From: Atopobiaceae bacterium
GTDB taxonomy: Bacteria > Actinomycetota > Coriobacteriia > Coriobacteriales > Atopobiaceae
Direction of reading: 5' to 3'
DNA: 64,000 bases
Assembly (NCBI GenBank): GCA_040268355.1
Contig: JAWRIT010000020.1
Location: 470 to 64,469 of the forward strand
The notes beneath the pieces are model-generated. The model saw only the letters and a list, made by a program, of their open reading frames with translations. It was not told the DNA's origin and did no database searches. Positions 1 to 9,657 of this stretch are shown here, piece after piece (position 1 is the first letter of the stretch; each line of letters opens with the position of its first letter). Position numbers and translations under genes: made by a program.

Positions 1-1
1 C

Positions 2-892
2 CAGATCGCTTACCAGAGCGCGTTCAGGGGCTTCGAGGTCACCATCTGGCTGCGCAGCGAGGGCTCCATCGACCGCTGTCAGCCCAGGCTCGACCGCCTG
101 CACGGCATCTACGTGGCGAGCCTCACCGCCATGAAGACCGACAAGTCCAAGTGGGCGCCTGGCTTCTGCGCCTCGCCCGACGTGACCGCCGCCGAGATCG
201 ACACGCTCATCGCTGACGCCAACGCCGCCTACGCCAACCTCAAGCTCACCACCGACTGGGACGAGGCCTTCGCCGACGCCGACCTCGTGATCGAGGCCGT
301 CGCCGAGGTGCCACAGCAGAAGATCGACTTCTACACCGAGCTGGCCAAGCACGTCCCCGAGAAGACCATCGTGGTCACCAATTCCTCCACCCTGCTGCCG
401 AGCTTATTTGCCGAGGCCACCGGTCGCCCTGAGAAGTTCCTGGGATACCACTTTGCCAACAACATCTGGATCGGCAACACCGCCGAGATCATGCCGCACC
501 CCGGCACCAGCCAGGAGGCCTACGACGCGCTCGTGCAGTACTCCCGCGACATCCTCATGGTGCCCATCGAGCTGCACAAGGAGCAGCCGGGCTACGTTCT
601 CAACTCCATGCTCGTGCCGTTCCTCGGTGCCGCGCAGCGGCTCTGGGCCAACGACGTGGCAAGCCCGCAGGACATCGACCGCGTGTGGGAGATCGCCACA
701 GGCGCACCGCATGGCCCGTTCCGCATCATCGACGTCGTCGGCCTCGCCACCGTGCTCAACATCGAGAAGATGCACGTAACCAGCGACGACCCCGAGGACG
801 TGCACAACAAGCTCATCGCCAAACTCGAGACCATGATCGAGGAGGGCAAGACGGGCATCGGCGCGGGCGAGGGCTTCTACACCTACCGATAG
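2..892 (+). CDS. 3-hydroxyacyl-CoA dehydrogenase family protein (5' end outside window)
   Basis: ORF track gives 113..892, but the frame stays open back to nt 2 (QIAYQSAFRGFEVTIWLRSEG...), so the start lies upstream of the window. The C-terminal half has 3HCDH-like stretches (NSSTLLPS, PGYVLNSMLVPFL, GPFRIIDVVGL). Confidence 0.8.
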   Translation, partial: QIAYQSAFRGFEVTIWLRSEGSIDRCQPRLDRLHGIYVASLTAMKTDKSKWAPGFCASPDVTAAEIDTLIADANAAYANLKLTTDWDEAFADADLVIEAVAEVPQQKIDFYTELAKHVPEKTIVVTNSSTLLPSLFAEATGRPEKFLGYHFANNIWIGNTAEIMPHPGTSQEAYDALVQYSRDILMVPIELHKEQPGYVLNSMLVPFLGAAQRLWANDVASPQDIDRVWEIATGAPHGPFRIIDVVGLATVLNIEKMHVTSDDPEDVHNKLIAKLETMIEEGKTGIGAGEGFYTYR

Positions 893-1038
893 GCCCCACT
901 CCCCTGTCCGACGCTTTGCAACGAGACCGACCCGATGTCGCAGCTGTGGCATCGGGTCGGCCGCTCAGGGAACGTGGGGCGTGGGGGACGCGTACGGAAC
1001 GGCCCCGACCGAAACGCCCGCCAGTCAGGAGTGGAGCC

Positions 1039-1797
1039 TCACGTGCCGCGCGCGTCGGGCTTCCTGAGAAAGACGTAGGTGCCCTCGTCCGAGCGCGCGG
1101 GGTCGAAGCCATATCCCAAGGCCGAAAAACCCTGCATCTCCTCGGGAGCCTGCGCCTTGCGCTCGGCGAGATAGCGCACCATCTCGCCGCGTGCCATCTT
1201 GGCATAGGTGCCCTTCTGCACCACCTTCGAGCCCACAAGCTCGCCAAAGACCGCCGTCACAAAGCGGTCGCCTGGTGCCAGGTGGCGCTCGATCGCGCGG
1301 CTGTACTCGGCGGATGCCAGGTTCACGATCATGCGGTCCTTGGGCACGACCTCCTCATAGAGCGCGCTGCCCCAGAAGTCATAGAGATTGCGTACGTGCC
1401 CCACCTGCACCTTCGCGCCCATCTCCAGGCGATAGGGCACCACGCCGTCCAGGGGCCTGAGCACGCCATAGAAGCCCGAGAGGATCCGCAGGTGCTCCTG
1501 CAGGTAGTCGTAGGACTCCCCTTCGAGCACCCCCGCCGCCATGTACTGGTACTGGATGCCCTCGAAGGCGAGCAGTGCCGGCGTGAGGTCGCGCCGCAGG
1601 TCCATCTCGTGAAAGCGTTCGTAGTTGAGCTGCGCAAGGCGCGCGTTGCAGCCCCAGAGCCGCTGGCACTCCTCGAAGCTGAGCTTACAGACCCACGCGC
1701 GCAGAACCTCGGTACGCTCGAGCAGCGCTGGCAGGTCGCTCCAGGCCAGCACGTCATCGCGCACCATCTTCTTTGCGGGAGAAATGATGATCCTCAC
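1039..1797 (-). CDS. yaaA: YaaA-family peroxide stress protein (DUF328)
   Basis: 252-aa ORF beginning MRIIISPAKKM, the hallmark N-terminus of the YaaA family. It lies directly downstream of a peroxiredoxin gene on the same strand. Confidence 0.85.
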   Translation of the reverse strand: MRIIISPAKKMVRDDVLAWSDLPALLERTEVLRAWVCKLSFEECQRLWGCNARLAQLNYERFHEMDLRRDLTPALLAFEGIQYQYMAAGVLEGESYDYLQEHLRILSGFYGVLRPLDGVVPYRLEMGAKVQVGHVRNLYDFWGSALYEEVVPKDRMIVNLASAEYSRAIERHLAPGDRFVTAVFGELVGSKVVQKGTYAKMARGEMVRYLAERKAQAPEEMQGFSALGYGFDPARSDEGTYVFLRKPDARGT

Positions 1798-1809
1798 GGT
1801 AGCTCCTGC

Positions 1810-2262
1810 CTACAGCGCGTCGAGCATGTCCTGGGGATTGTCCGCAGCCTTGACCTTGCCTGAGGCCTGCAGGATCGTGCCCCGCTCGTCAATGAGGTAG
1901 GTCGTGCGTATGGTGCCCACGCTCACCTTGCCGAAGCTCTTCTTCTCGCCCCAGGCTCCGTAGGCCTCGAGCACCTCGTGCTCAGGATCCGAGAGCAGCG
2001 TGAAGGGCAGGCCGTGCTTCTCCTCGAAGCGCTTGTGCGACGCCACCGTGTCCTTGCTCACACCCAGCACCACGGCGCCCCGCTCCTGGATCTGCGGGTA
2101 GCGCTCGGCGAAGCCGCAGGCCTGCTTGGTGCAGCCAGGGGTGTTGTCGCGCGGATAGAAGTACAGGATGACCTTGGTGCCGCGATAGTCCGAGAGGCTG
2201 TGCGGATCGCCGTTCTGGTCGAGCAGCGTGAAGTCGGGGGCGACGCTTCCTGGGGCAAGCAT
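1810..2262 (-). CDS. bcp: thioredoxin-dependent peroxiredoxin Bcp
   Basis: Long ORF 1810..2625 trimmed to the internal ATG at 2262, which is preceded by GAGGAAGGA. Has PDFTLLDQNG and the peroxidatic-Cys motif YFYPRDNTPGCTKQAC. Confidence 0.9.
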   Translation of the reverse strand: MLAPGSVAPDFTLLDQNGDPHSLSDYRGTKVILYFYPRDNTPGCTKQACGFAERYPQIQERGAVVLGVSKDTVASHKRFEEKHGLPFTLLSDPEHEVLEAYGAWGEKKSFGKVSVGTIRTTYLIDERGTILQASGKVKAADNPQDMLDAL

Positions 2263-2464
2263 GGGAATCCTTCCTCTGAGGCCTTTGAGGCAAAACGGAG
2301 AGCTCCATCGTAGCGTGCCGCGGAGGGCGATGGGACGTGATTGGGAGGCGACGGCTCGGATTTTAGGACGAGCAGCCGACACGACGAGGCCCACCCGCCA
2401 GCTCGGCGGATGGGCCCTGCGAAACCCGCATGTTCCGCACCCCGCCCGTGCTCCAACAGTAGCG

Positions 2465-3040
2465 CTACTCGCCCCTAGGGGCAGCAGGCGTGAGGGCGGC
2501 CATCGCACGCTCTTTGCCAAAGATGGCCCCACAGATCGCCCCTCCGCCGAGCACCAGCACCGTCGCCAGCACGAGCCCGTAGCAGAAGAAGCCAAGCAGG
2601 TGGAGGGGCGTGAGGTCGGCCACACCCATAAAGATCACGAAGAATGACTCGGCCATGCCGAGGAAGAGCGAGGGGATGTTGCCGGCGATGGTGCCAGCAA
2701 GAAGCGTCTGGTGCACCGTCAGCACGCAGAAGATGACAAGCACCGTCGGCAGCAGCTGGCTCACCAGCGGGTTGCCGCCAGATATGGTGCCGAACGCATT
2801 GCTCACCAGGCCGTTCACGACGGCCCACGCCTGACCGCAGGCAAAGCCGACCACCATCGAGGGTATGACCTTGAGGTCGGCGCCAAGGGCGAAGAAGAGC
2901 AGCAGGGGCAGGAAGAGCATCCAGGTGTGCTGCGGCATCCCCAGAAGCGTCATGGCCTGCATGAGGATGGTGAGGATGATCGCCCCGCTGAGGTTGTTGA
3001 CCAGACCGATGGTGATGCGGTCATTCTTGCTGATGTTCAT
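2465..3040 (-). CDS. integral membrane protein, function unknown
   Basis: ORF 2465..3136 trimmed to ATG 3040 (GGGAGG upstream). About six hydrophobic segments; no motif I can name. Confidence 0.6.
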   Translation of the reverse strand: MNISKNDRITIGLVNNLSGAIILTILMQAMTLLGMPQHTWMLFLPLLLFFALGADLKVIPSMVVGFACGQAWAVVNGLVSNAFGTISGGNPLVSQLLPTVLVIFCVLTVHQTLLAGTIAGNIPSLFLGMAESFFVIFMGVADLTPLHLLGFFCYGLVLATVLVLGGGAICGAIFGKERAMAALTPAAPRGE

Positions 3041-3218
3041 GTGACGCCTCCCGTCCGTCCCGATGCCCATGCCTTGCCTGAAATTGACGGAATGGCCGTA
3101 CCGGTAGAGCGGCGCGGCTACCCATGTAACTACCATACCGGATACTCAAGGCGCTCGGTCATCCGCAGGCATCGCGTTGACGACGGCGCCCGTCCTGCCG
3201 CCCCAGCAACCACGCGTC

Positions 3219-5012
3219 TCACGTGAAAAGCCAGTCGAGGGCATCCTGCACGCGGTCGTAGTCATCGCGTCGCTCGAGCTGCCTTTTGGCCTCAAGCGCT
3301 ATGTCGGGATTGTCGGTGATGATCGCGTCGCAGTCCGACGTCAGGAACCGGTGGATGGACTCCTCATCGTTCACGGTCCAGACGATCATCCGTTTGCCGA
3401 CCGCATGCGCGGTCACCGTGGCCGTGCTCGTGGCGGGCAGCTCCTCCACTATGAGGTCGTCGACGTTGATGCCGGCACTTTCGCCGAACGAGAAGAAGTA
3501 CAGCAGGCCCGTGTCGAACTCCGGATACTCCCTGCTCACGTAGTCGACGAGATCGTACCTCAGCGAGATGATGCCCACCTGATCCACCATGCCCATCTCC
3601 CGCACCATGGCCACGACGTCGTCGGCCATCCGGCGGTCGGCCGTGTGACCCTTCAGCTCTATGTACAGCATCAGATTGCCGCGCGACACCTCCAGCATCT
3701 CGCGCAGCGTGGGCACCTGCGCCTGCTGGACTTTTCCATCCGGCGCCGTCCAGCTCATGCGCAGCTGCTTCACCTCTTCGAGCGTCATCTCCTCGGGCGA
3801 TCGGTCGTCTCCCGCCACGCGCGAGAAGTCGGAGTCGTGGTTGATGATGTAGTGGCCATCGGCCGTGCGCTGGACGTCTATCTCGCTTCCGGAGCATCCG
3901 AGCGCGATGGCCGCTTGCAGGCCCTCGAGGCTGTTCTCGGGACCAACGTTGCCGCCGCCTCGATGCGCGACGATCTCCACGTTGCTCTCGGCGGGAAAGA
4001 GCGCGTCGAAGTTCGCGGCCAGCGGATAGCTCCCCGCAAACGCAACTACCAGGACACCAGCCAGCGCGACCGGCACCCAACGGCCCCGACTGCCAGAGCC
4101 CGCGATCTGCGTGGGTTCGTCCGTGCCGTCGGCCACGTCATGGTATGCGACCGTGACGCCCAACACGATGGCGCATCCCAAGAAGGCCGTCGAGACAGGA
4201 CCCCACAGGTTGTCCAGGATGGAGAAGGCCAGCAACAGGTAGCGGCCCAACAGCTGCTTTTCCTGCGCTACGGAGACGCTGAGGGCGACGAAGGTCAGCG
4301 CGAAATGGATGGCCACAATCACCGCGACGGCAGCAACAATGAGCAGGCCGTAAATCGCATACCGCTTGACCAGCATGCGAAAATTCGCCCTCATCTGCCC
4401 AGGCGAGACCCGAATAGCCTGGCACGACGTGAGCCCACCGATGATCATGTTGTGAATGGTGAAGATCCACAAGAGGGCCGCGAGTGTCAGGGCGACCAGC
4501 ACGACGATATAGGGCACCGCCAAAAACGGATTGTCGAAGATGGCCGACTCGATGAAATTCGGGACCGCCAGCCTCTTGGTGGCCGAGATGGCCGCGAACA
4601 GCCCCAGGATCGGGAACAGGATGGCGACAAAGAGCGTGACCAGCACGCCGGCCGGATTCATGAAGCGCCTGATGCTGCGAAGCGCCTCCCCCACGATACG
4701 CCATACGCCCTTGCCCGTAGGAGCTATGCACTCCTCGGCAACCATGATGAGTCCGCTCAGGTCGAAGGCGACGTACACCATGAGGGTCATAAGCCCGATG
4801 AGCAGGATGCACCAGCCCTGCCACGAGGTGAACAGAAAGCCGAAGTCGCCGCTGGTCAAAGCGCCGCGGCCTGTGGACGCCAGCAAGATGCGCGCCAGCA
4901 TCGAGAACACAAACGCAACAATGGTCAAGATGGCCTTGGACACCACCTGGTATTCCACCATGCGGTAGAGAGACGACCACACTATTCGGATGTGCGCGCG
5001 GCTGAAAGCCAT
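3219..5012 (-). CDS. membrane-anchored glycerophosphodiester phosphodiesterase (GDPD domain)
   Basis: Multi-TM N-terminal half, then a GDPD signature (VEIVAHRGGGNVGPENSLEG, SGSEIDVQRTADGHYIINHD). Start is ATG 5012 or 5024 (GAGG-like sequence upstream); the Arg-rich upstream part of ORF 3219..5201 was discarded. Confidence 0.8.
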   Translation of the reverse strand: MAFSRAHIRIVWSSLYRMVEYQVVSKAILTIVAFVFSMLARILLASTGRGALTSGDFGFLFTSWQGWCILLIGLMTLMVYVAFDLSGLIMVAEECIAPTGKGVWRIVGEALRSIRRFMNPAGVLVTLFVAILFPILGLFAAISATKRLAVPNFIESAIFDNPFLAVPYIVVLVALTLAALLWIFTIHNMIIGGLTSCQAIRVSPGQMRANFRMLVKRYAIYGLLIVAAVAVIVAIHFALTFVALSVSVAQEKQLLGRYLLLAFSILDNLWGPVSTAFLGCAIVLGVTVAYHDVADGTDEPTQIAGSGSRGRWVPVALAGVLVVAFAGSYPLAANFDALFPAESNVEIVAHRGGGNVGPENSLEGLQAAIALGCSGSEIDVQRTADGHYIINHDSDFSRVAGDDRSPEEMTLEEVKQLRMSWTAPDGKVQQAQVPTLREMLEVSRGNLMLYIELKGHTADRRMADDVVAMVREMGMVDQVGIISLRYDLVDYVSREYPEFDTGLLYFFSFGESAGINVDDLIVEELPATSTATVTAHAVGKRMIVWTVNDEESIHRFLTSDCDAIITDNPDIALEAKRQLERRDDYDRVQDALDWLFT

Positions 5013-6005
5013 GCCCCACCTCATTCCTCTGCCAGAGCAGGCCCGTGGCGGGCCGCTTGAACGGCGGCGCGAACGCCGATGCGTCGATGTCGCACTCCTT
5101 TGCGGTGGCGGCTCGCCCCGCAGATCGACAACAGCCGACGGGCCACCGTCAAGGCTCTCGAACAATCCCCTCATGCGAGCAACATGCCCCTCGCGACGCA
5201 TCCCCGTCTCCGATAGCTCCTACTGCCGCGAAATCGGGTGTCGGCGCGACGCGCGGCAGCGACAGGGCACCTGTCGAGGTCGGAATGCAGACGCCATTGT
5301 AGAACAGTGTCTGGAGCAGGCGTTACTTTACATTTCGTAAGGTAGCGCGCATGCGGACGGACGATGCCCGTTTCAAGGGGAGCCTCACGCGCAACCGCAC
5401 GATGCCCGTGCCGCGCCGATGACAGGCCCCAAGAGGAGCGGGGAGCTGCACGAATGCGCCCTCTCGAACCGCAATGCCGCCTGGTCCGCACCACGAACGT
5501 CGGCACGAACCGCGCAGGTTTTCACCGACGCATAGGAGGCGATTTACGGCCCTCCGGGCGGTGCATGCGACAAATCATGCGTCGGGAGGGCCTCTCGGGC
5601 CCAGTGGCGCCTCTCAGACGTTTACCCAGCTAGCTGGCCCGTTTTGAGCAGGGCAGTACACGGGACCCGGGCATGGCTCCCCACGGTGGGGAAATGAGAC
5701 CAGAAAAGGCGCAGGTCAGAGGCCCTGAAATCCAGTGCCATTCCTCCACGGGCGGCGTACGGAGTCGCCACGCACCCTCTCTCACCTCGCCCTTTGTGGA
5801 CGCCTGTAGCGCCTATGAAAGGGATCGGTCCGCAAAAAAACGGCCCGTTATCGTCTTTTTAGTTTAGAGTTTTATTTTGAACCCTGCGGTTTTGCGAACA
5901 GGTCGAGAGATATGGGGCCGAAAAATGAGACCCTATCCATCTCCTGAGGGGCAGGGCCAAGTGGCCATCACGGCCGCCTCGCAAAAGAGGCGACCGCGCT
6001 GGCTG

Positions 6006-7637
6006 TCATTGGGTGCGCGAGGAGGCCGATTGCCCGCGCGCGTAATGCGCGGGATACCATCTTTGGAACCATGCCGTGAAGACGCCCATCAGCGCCGGGA
6101 GCACGGAGTTGACGAGCCCGACGTAGCTGGCGATCGAGCTGTGCATGAAGAAGTAGGTCCAGATGGGAGTCAGCAGATATAGCACGCCCCAACAGCAGCT
6201 CAGGATGCGATTCGTGGACATGAACAGAGGGTTCGAAAGCGCCTTCTCGTACCCGTATTCGTTCATCGAGTAATGCGCCGACAGCGGGAGCTTCGCAAAG
6301 ACGCTGGAGAGCCACATGATGCCAAAGGCGAAATACGACGCTGGTACCACCATGGTCGTCGGCACGCCCAGAAGCGCGGCCAGCCCCACCATCGTCACGA
6401 CGGCAACGGTGACGCACTCATAGGGAGTTGGCTTCCACCTCAGGAACGCGAGCGGCGTTATGCCTGCCGCGAGAATGCTCGCGATGCCGCCGACCTGCGC
6501 GTCGATGGGCACGACGGTGAAGCATGCGATCCAAGCGAGCAGCATGACGCCCATGTTCGTGCGGCGGGTGTCGCCGTCCCGTTGCGCTTGGGCCCCGTCG
6601 TGGGCGCCCTCGTTTTGCGCCGTCGATCCCCCGGCACCGAACAGGTCATCCCAACGCAGCATCGTGTCAAAGTCGCCCTCGACGGTATACAGACGGTCCA
6701 TCATGGCCTGCGTCCCCGACATCTCGCCGCGGGCGATTGCCTGCCACACGGAAAGCGGCGTTCGAATGCGGGTCGTGCAGGGCAGAAAGTCCTCTGTGAT
6801 GACGCGCTGTCCGTCCTTGGTCAGGACGATCTGCGCGCTTACGCCCTCGTCGGTGTAATCCATCTGCAGGATGATGTCATGCTCCCAAGCAGCAGGGTCG
6901 TACAGGGCCGCCATCTGCCGCGTGAAGGCGATGGCCTGCGAAGATGGCGCCGCACCATCGTCCGAGACGCCCCAGCTGGCATCGGCCATCTGCTCGAAGG
7001 TCTCGCGCGGATACAGCAGCTCATCGAGCCGTGTCCGACCTGCCTGCGTAATGGCCCCATGCGCAAACTCGGACCCAGCCACGCGCACGGCATCCAGGTA
7101 CTGCGACGTACGGCTGGAAAGCTCCTTCACGCGAAAGAGCTCGCCTTGTCCGCAATAGATCCGCTCGAAGTCGCCATAGAGCCGCCCGAACAGCGCGTCC
7201 ACGACGTCGTAGTTTCCCTGCGCCGTGTAAAACCCGCAGGTCGAGATCACGACGTAGCGCTTGCCCTCCATGTCATAGCGGCTGGGATGGCCTCCGCTCG
7301 CGTCATCCGTCATGAACGGCAGGCTCATCGGCAGCAGGCGATCCATCACCATCTTCACGCGCGAGGGCAGCGAGAAGTAATACAGCGGGAAGCTCCAGAT
7401 GACCACGTCAGCCGCCACGATCCTCTCGATGACGCCTACCATGTCGTCGTGGATCACGCAGGTGCCCGGCGTCTTGCTCCAGCAGGCGAAGCAGCCTCGA
7501 CACTCGTGCACGTCCAGCTTGTAGAGGTCCAGAACCTCCGCCTCGTCGGGTGCCAGCCCATCCAGAAACGCCCTGGTCAGCTGTAAGGTGTTTGACGAGG
7601 CGCCCTTGGGGCTGCCGTGCAGGACCAGCGCCTTCAT
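6006..7637 (-). CDS. flavodoxin-like NAD(P)H oxidoreductase fused to an SCP2-like domain and a C-terminal multi-TM domain
   Basis: ORF 6006..7934 trimmed to ATG 7637 (GGAGGGA upstream; ATGA overlap with the padR stop). N-terminus MKALVLHGSPKG...CRGCFACW...VVIWSFPLYYF resembles iron-sulfur flavoprotein / NADPH-FMN reductase. The middle (VWQAIARGEMSGTQAMMDRLYTVEGD) looks SCP2-like. The last ~190 aa are hydrophobic helices. Confidence 0.75.
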   Translation of the reverse strand: MKALVLHGSPKGASSNTLQLTRAFLDGLAPDEAEVLDLYKLDVHECRGCFACWSKTPGTCVIHDDMVGVIERIVAADVVIWSFPLYYFSLPSRVKMVMDRLLPMSLPFMTDDASGGHPSRYDMEGKRYVVISTCGFYTAQGNYDVVDALFGRLYGDFERIYCGQGELFRVKELSSRTSQYLDAVRVAGSEFAHGAITQAGRTRLDELLYPRETFEQMADASWGVSDDGAAPSSQAIAFTRQMAALYDPAAWEHDIILQMDYTDEGVSAQIVLTKDGQRVITEDFLPCTTRIRTPLSVWQAIARGEMSGTQAMMDRLYTVEGDFDTMLRWDDLFGAGGSTAQNEGAHDGAQAQRDGDTRRTNMGVMLLAWIACFTVVPIDAQVGGIASILAAGITPLAFLRWKPTPYECVTVAVVTMVGLAALLGVPTTMVVPASYFAFGIMWLSSVFAKLPLSAHYSMNEYGYEKALSNPLFMSTNRILSCCWGVLYLLTPIWTYFFMHSSIASYVGLVNSVLPALMGVFTAWFQRWYPAHYARGQSASSRTQ

Positions 7638-8176
7638 CGCAGTCCCTCCAGCCTCTCGATGGAGTCCTGCGCCCACTCGACGCACATCCGCATGTAACGT
7701 GCGCCAAAGTCCGCCACGAGCTCCCAGTACGGGGGATTGGCATCGGGGACGAGCGGGCCATAGAACTCGATGGACTGTGGAATCTGTCGCATGTCGGCGG
7801 AGTACGCCTCGCAGTCGTCGATGAACTCCCGCAGATGCCCTATCGTCTGATCGGGAGTCAGGTTTCCCGAGAAGAAGAGCTTCATCAGCAGCGTGCTCTT
7901 GAAGTCGACGTCGCCCGCGCCGTGTGCGAGCCACGTCAGAAACTCCGAGCGTCCCTCATCGGTTATGGCATAGAGCTTCTTATTCGGCCGCCCGTCCTGC
8001 ACGACGCGCTCGTACGTCACGAGGCCCTGCCGCTCGAGCCTGTCCAGCGTTTGGTAGATCTGCGCCTTCTGGGCGTGCCAAAAGAAGCGCACCGAGGAAT
8101 CGAACGCCTTCGCCAGATCGTAGCCGGACATGTCCCCATAGGCGAGAAACCCGAGGATCCCCTTTGCCAGCGACAT
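7634..8176 (-). CDS. PadR family transcriptional regulator
   Basis: MSLAKGILGFLAYGDMSGYDLAKAF...QIYQTLDRLERQGLV...KKLYAITDEGR is the canonical PadR winged HTH. Confidence 0.9.
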   Translation of the reverse strand: MSLAKGILGFLAYGDMSGYDLAKAFDSSVRFFWHAQKAQIYQTLDRLERQGLVTYERVVQDGRPNKKLYAITDEGRSEFLTWLAHGAGDVDFKSTLLMKLFFSGNLTPDQTIGHLREFIDDCEAYSADMRQIPQSIEFYGPLVPDANPPYWELVADFGARYMRMCVEWAQDSIERLEGLR

Positions 8177-8203
8177 CGCATCCCCTCCATAGCAGACCCG
8201 TAG

Positions 8204-8227
8204 GAATAGTATACTTATATACTATTC
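8204..8227. promoter_or_regulatory. perfect 10-bp inverted repeat (GAATAGTATA-CTTA-TATACTATTC), candidate PadR operator
   Basis: Read directly from the sequence, 28 nt upstream of the padR start codon, in an AT-rich patch that would hold the promoter. Confidence 0.5.
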
Positions 8228-8406
8228 TAGCCTGATCCTATAGAGCGTGCAGACGTCAAGTCGCAGGTATTCATCCGGAGCCCGCTTCGGCCTTTCGCCG
8301 ATCATGGTGGTCGCGCTCTGCGCCTGTCCAGGCGAGCTCGCCCTCGGTCTGCGGGTACGAGGTGCCTGGCTCGTCAAACCATCCGACCACTCCCACCTGT
8401 CACGCA

Positions 8407-9096
8407 TCAGAACAGGTACGAGCCCGTCACAAGGTACACGATGGGATCAACGATCAGCAGGAGCGCCACGACAAGCAGCACCATGTTGACGACCTTTGTG
8501 AACCTGTCGCCGATCATTCCGCGAACGCCCTCAACGAGGGCGGTGAGTCGCTCCGTGGCGCCCAACAGCACGGCCACGCAGGTCGCTAGGAAACCAAACT
8601 GGCTGATGACGAACCACAGCAGCATGAGGAGCGCCGCCATGACGGGGCTTCCGCTCTTGCCGCCGAGCAGAACCACGCCGTAGCAGGTGGGATCAGTGAA
8701 CGATGTGACTCCGAAGAAGGCGCCAAGTGCCACGAACTTCAGGATGGAACCTTCGGCCGTGCGCTGTCCCTCGCCCTCGTCCTCTCTCCCCTTCTTGCCA
8801 CACACGCGACGCGCCATCCACGCGAGGACGACAACACCGATGCCGAGTTCGACAATCGCCCAGAGGGGGCTGTCGTCCGCCGGGATGAGGCCCTGGATGA
8901 TACGGGAGGCGGCGGTCCCGAGCGCCACGGCGAGCACCGTGCCTATGCCCACGGTCACAACCGCGAACGTAACGAGGAGCGCGGCGACGTTGGCCTTCCT
9001 CTCGCCACGTGCTCCCATGGAGAGCGCCACGGCGGCGGCCATGAAGTCTATGCCGAGGACGCCGAGCCCCAGCGTCTCGAGTATCTGATGGAGCAA
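8407..9096 (-). CDS. integral membrane protein, function unknown
   Basis: ORF 8407..9147. I prefer the TTG start at 9096 (AAGAGG 7 nt upstream). Hydrophobic helices throughout plus a charged central loop (KKGREDEGEGQ). Confidence 0.55.
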   Translation of the reverse strand: MLHQILETLGLGVLGIDFMAAAVALSMGARGERKANVAALLVTFAVVTVGIGTVLAVALGTAASRIIQGLIPADDSPLWAIVELGIGVVVLAWMARRVCGKKGREDEGEGQRTAEGSILKFVALGAFFGVTSFTDPTCYGVVLLGGKSGSPVMAALLMLLWFVISQFGFLATCVAVLLGATERLTALVEGVRGMIGDRFTKVVNMVLLVVALLLIVDPIVYLVTGSYLF

Positions 9097-9252
9097 GGTG
9101 GGACCTCTTTCGTCATCTGGACACTGTCGCACGTCGCGAATTTGCACATGATACCGTAATCCATCCAGATCGGTACGAGCCCTAGATACTAGCCAGCCGC
9201 GCCACCTCGGCGGCCTTGAGCACCCTGCTTGTAGCTCAGGCGCACGCGTGAC

Positions 9253-9295
9253 AAGGACCCTGCGGTGCCCCTTGCCCGGGTGTCGCAGGGTCCTT
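9253..9295. terminator. 12-bp perfect stem hairpin (AAGGACCCTGCG ... CGCAGGGTCCTT, 19-nt loop)
   Basis: Read directly. Lies between convergently arranged neighbours. No clear U-tract, so its function as a terminator is uncertain. Confidence 0.35.
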
Positions 9296-9312
9296 TCTAG
9301 CTTGCTGAGGGG

Positions 9313-9516
9313 TCAAATGCTCTTCCGTAGGTAGACCATGTCGACAAGCTGCACAGCACCTCGGTCCTCCCGAAGATGGTATCGCGCGCGAGGTCGGAGA
9401 AGCTCTTGCTCGAGCGACGCGACCCTCTCGGCCAACTCGACGCCGATCTCGGACATCCTCAGTGTCATCGCCACCATGCTCGTCCCTTTCTCTCGGCACA
9501 GGCACAGCGCGTCCAC
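9313..9516 (-). pseudogene. possible remnant: C-terminal tail of a GNAT acetyltransferase
   Basis: The last residues (AVQLVDMVYLRKSI-stop) mirror the C-terminus of the intact GNAT at 48094..48618 (GVRLVDMVYLQKRL-stop). The rest has no GNAT core. Confidence 0.25.
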
Positions 9517-9657
9517 CCGAAAAGGGACTCTCCAGGAAACAATTGGTTGCTACCACATTCGGGGAAGCAACCGTAGGATGTACCTTGTACGTGCACGATC
9601 GCTCCACCCGAGTTTCGGTTTGGACGCGTGACGGATGAGATGAAAGAGGAGGACCCC

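Noticed and set aside
3177-5060. 627-aa ORF on the plus strand
   Set aside because: It is antisense to a GDPD gene with clear motifs. The translation is Arg/His/Asp/Gly-rich low complexity, typical of shadow ORFs in high-GC DNA.
5525-5584. Nested hairpins as a defined ncRNA gene
   Set aside because: GC-rich sequence forms such stems by chance. There are no matches to the RNase P, tmRNA, SRP or 6S signatures I know. It is kept only as part of the low-interest gap finding.
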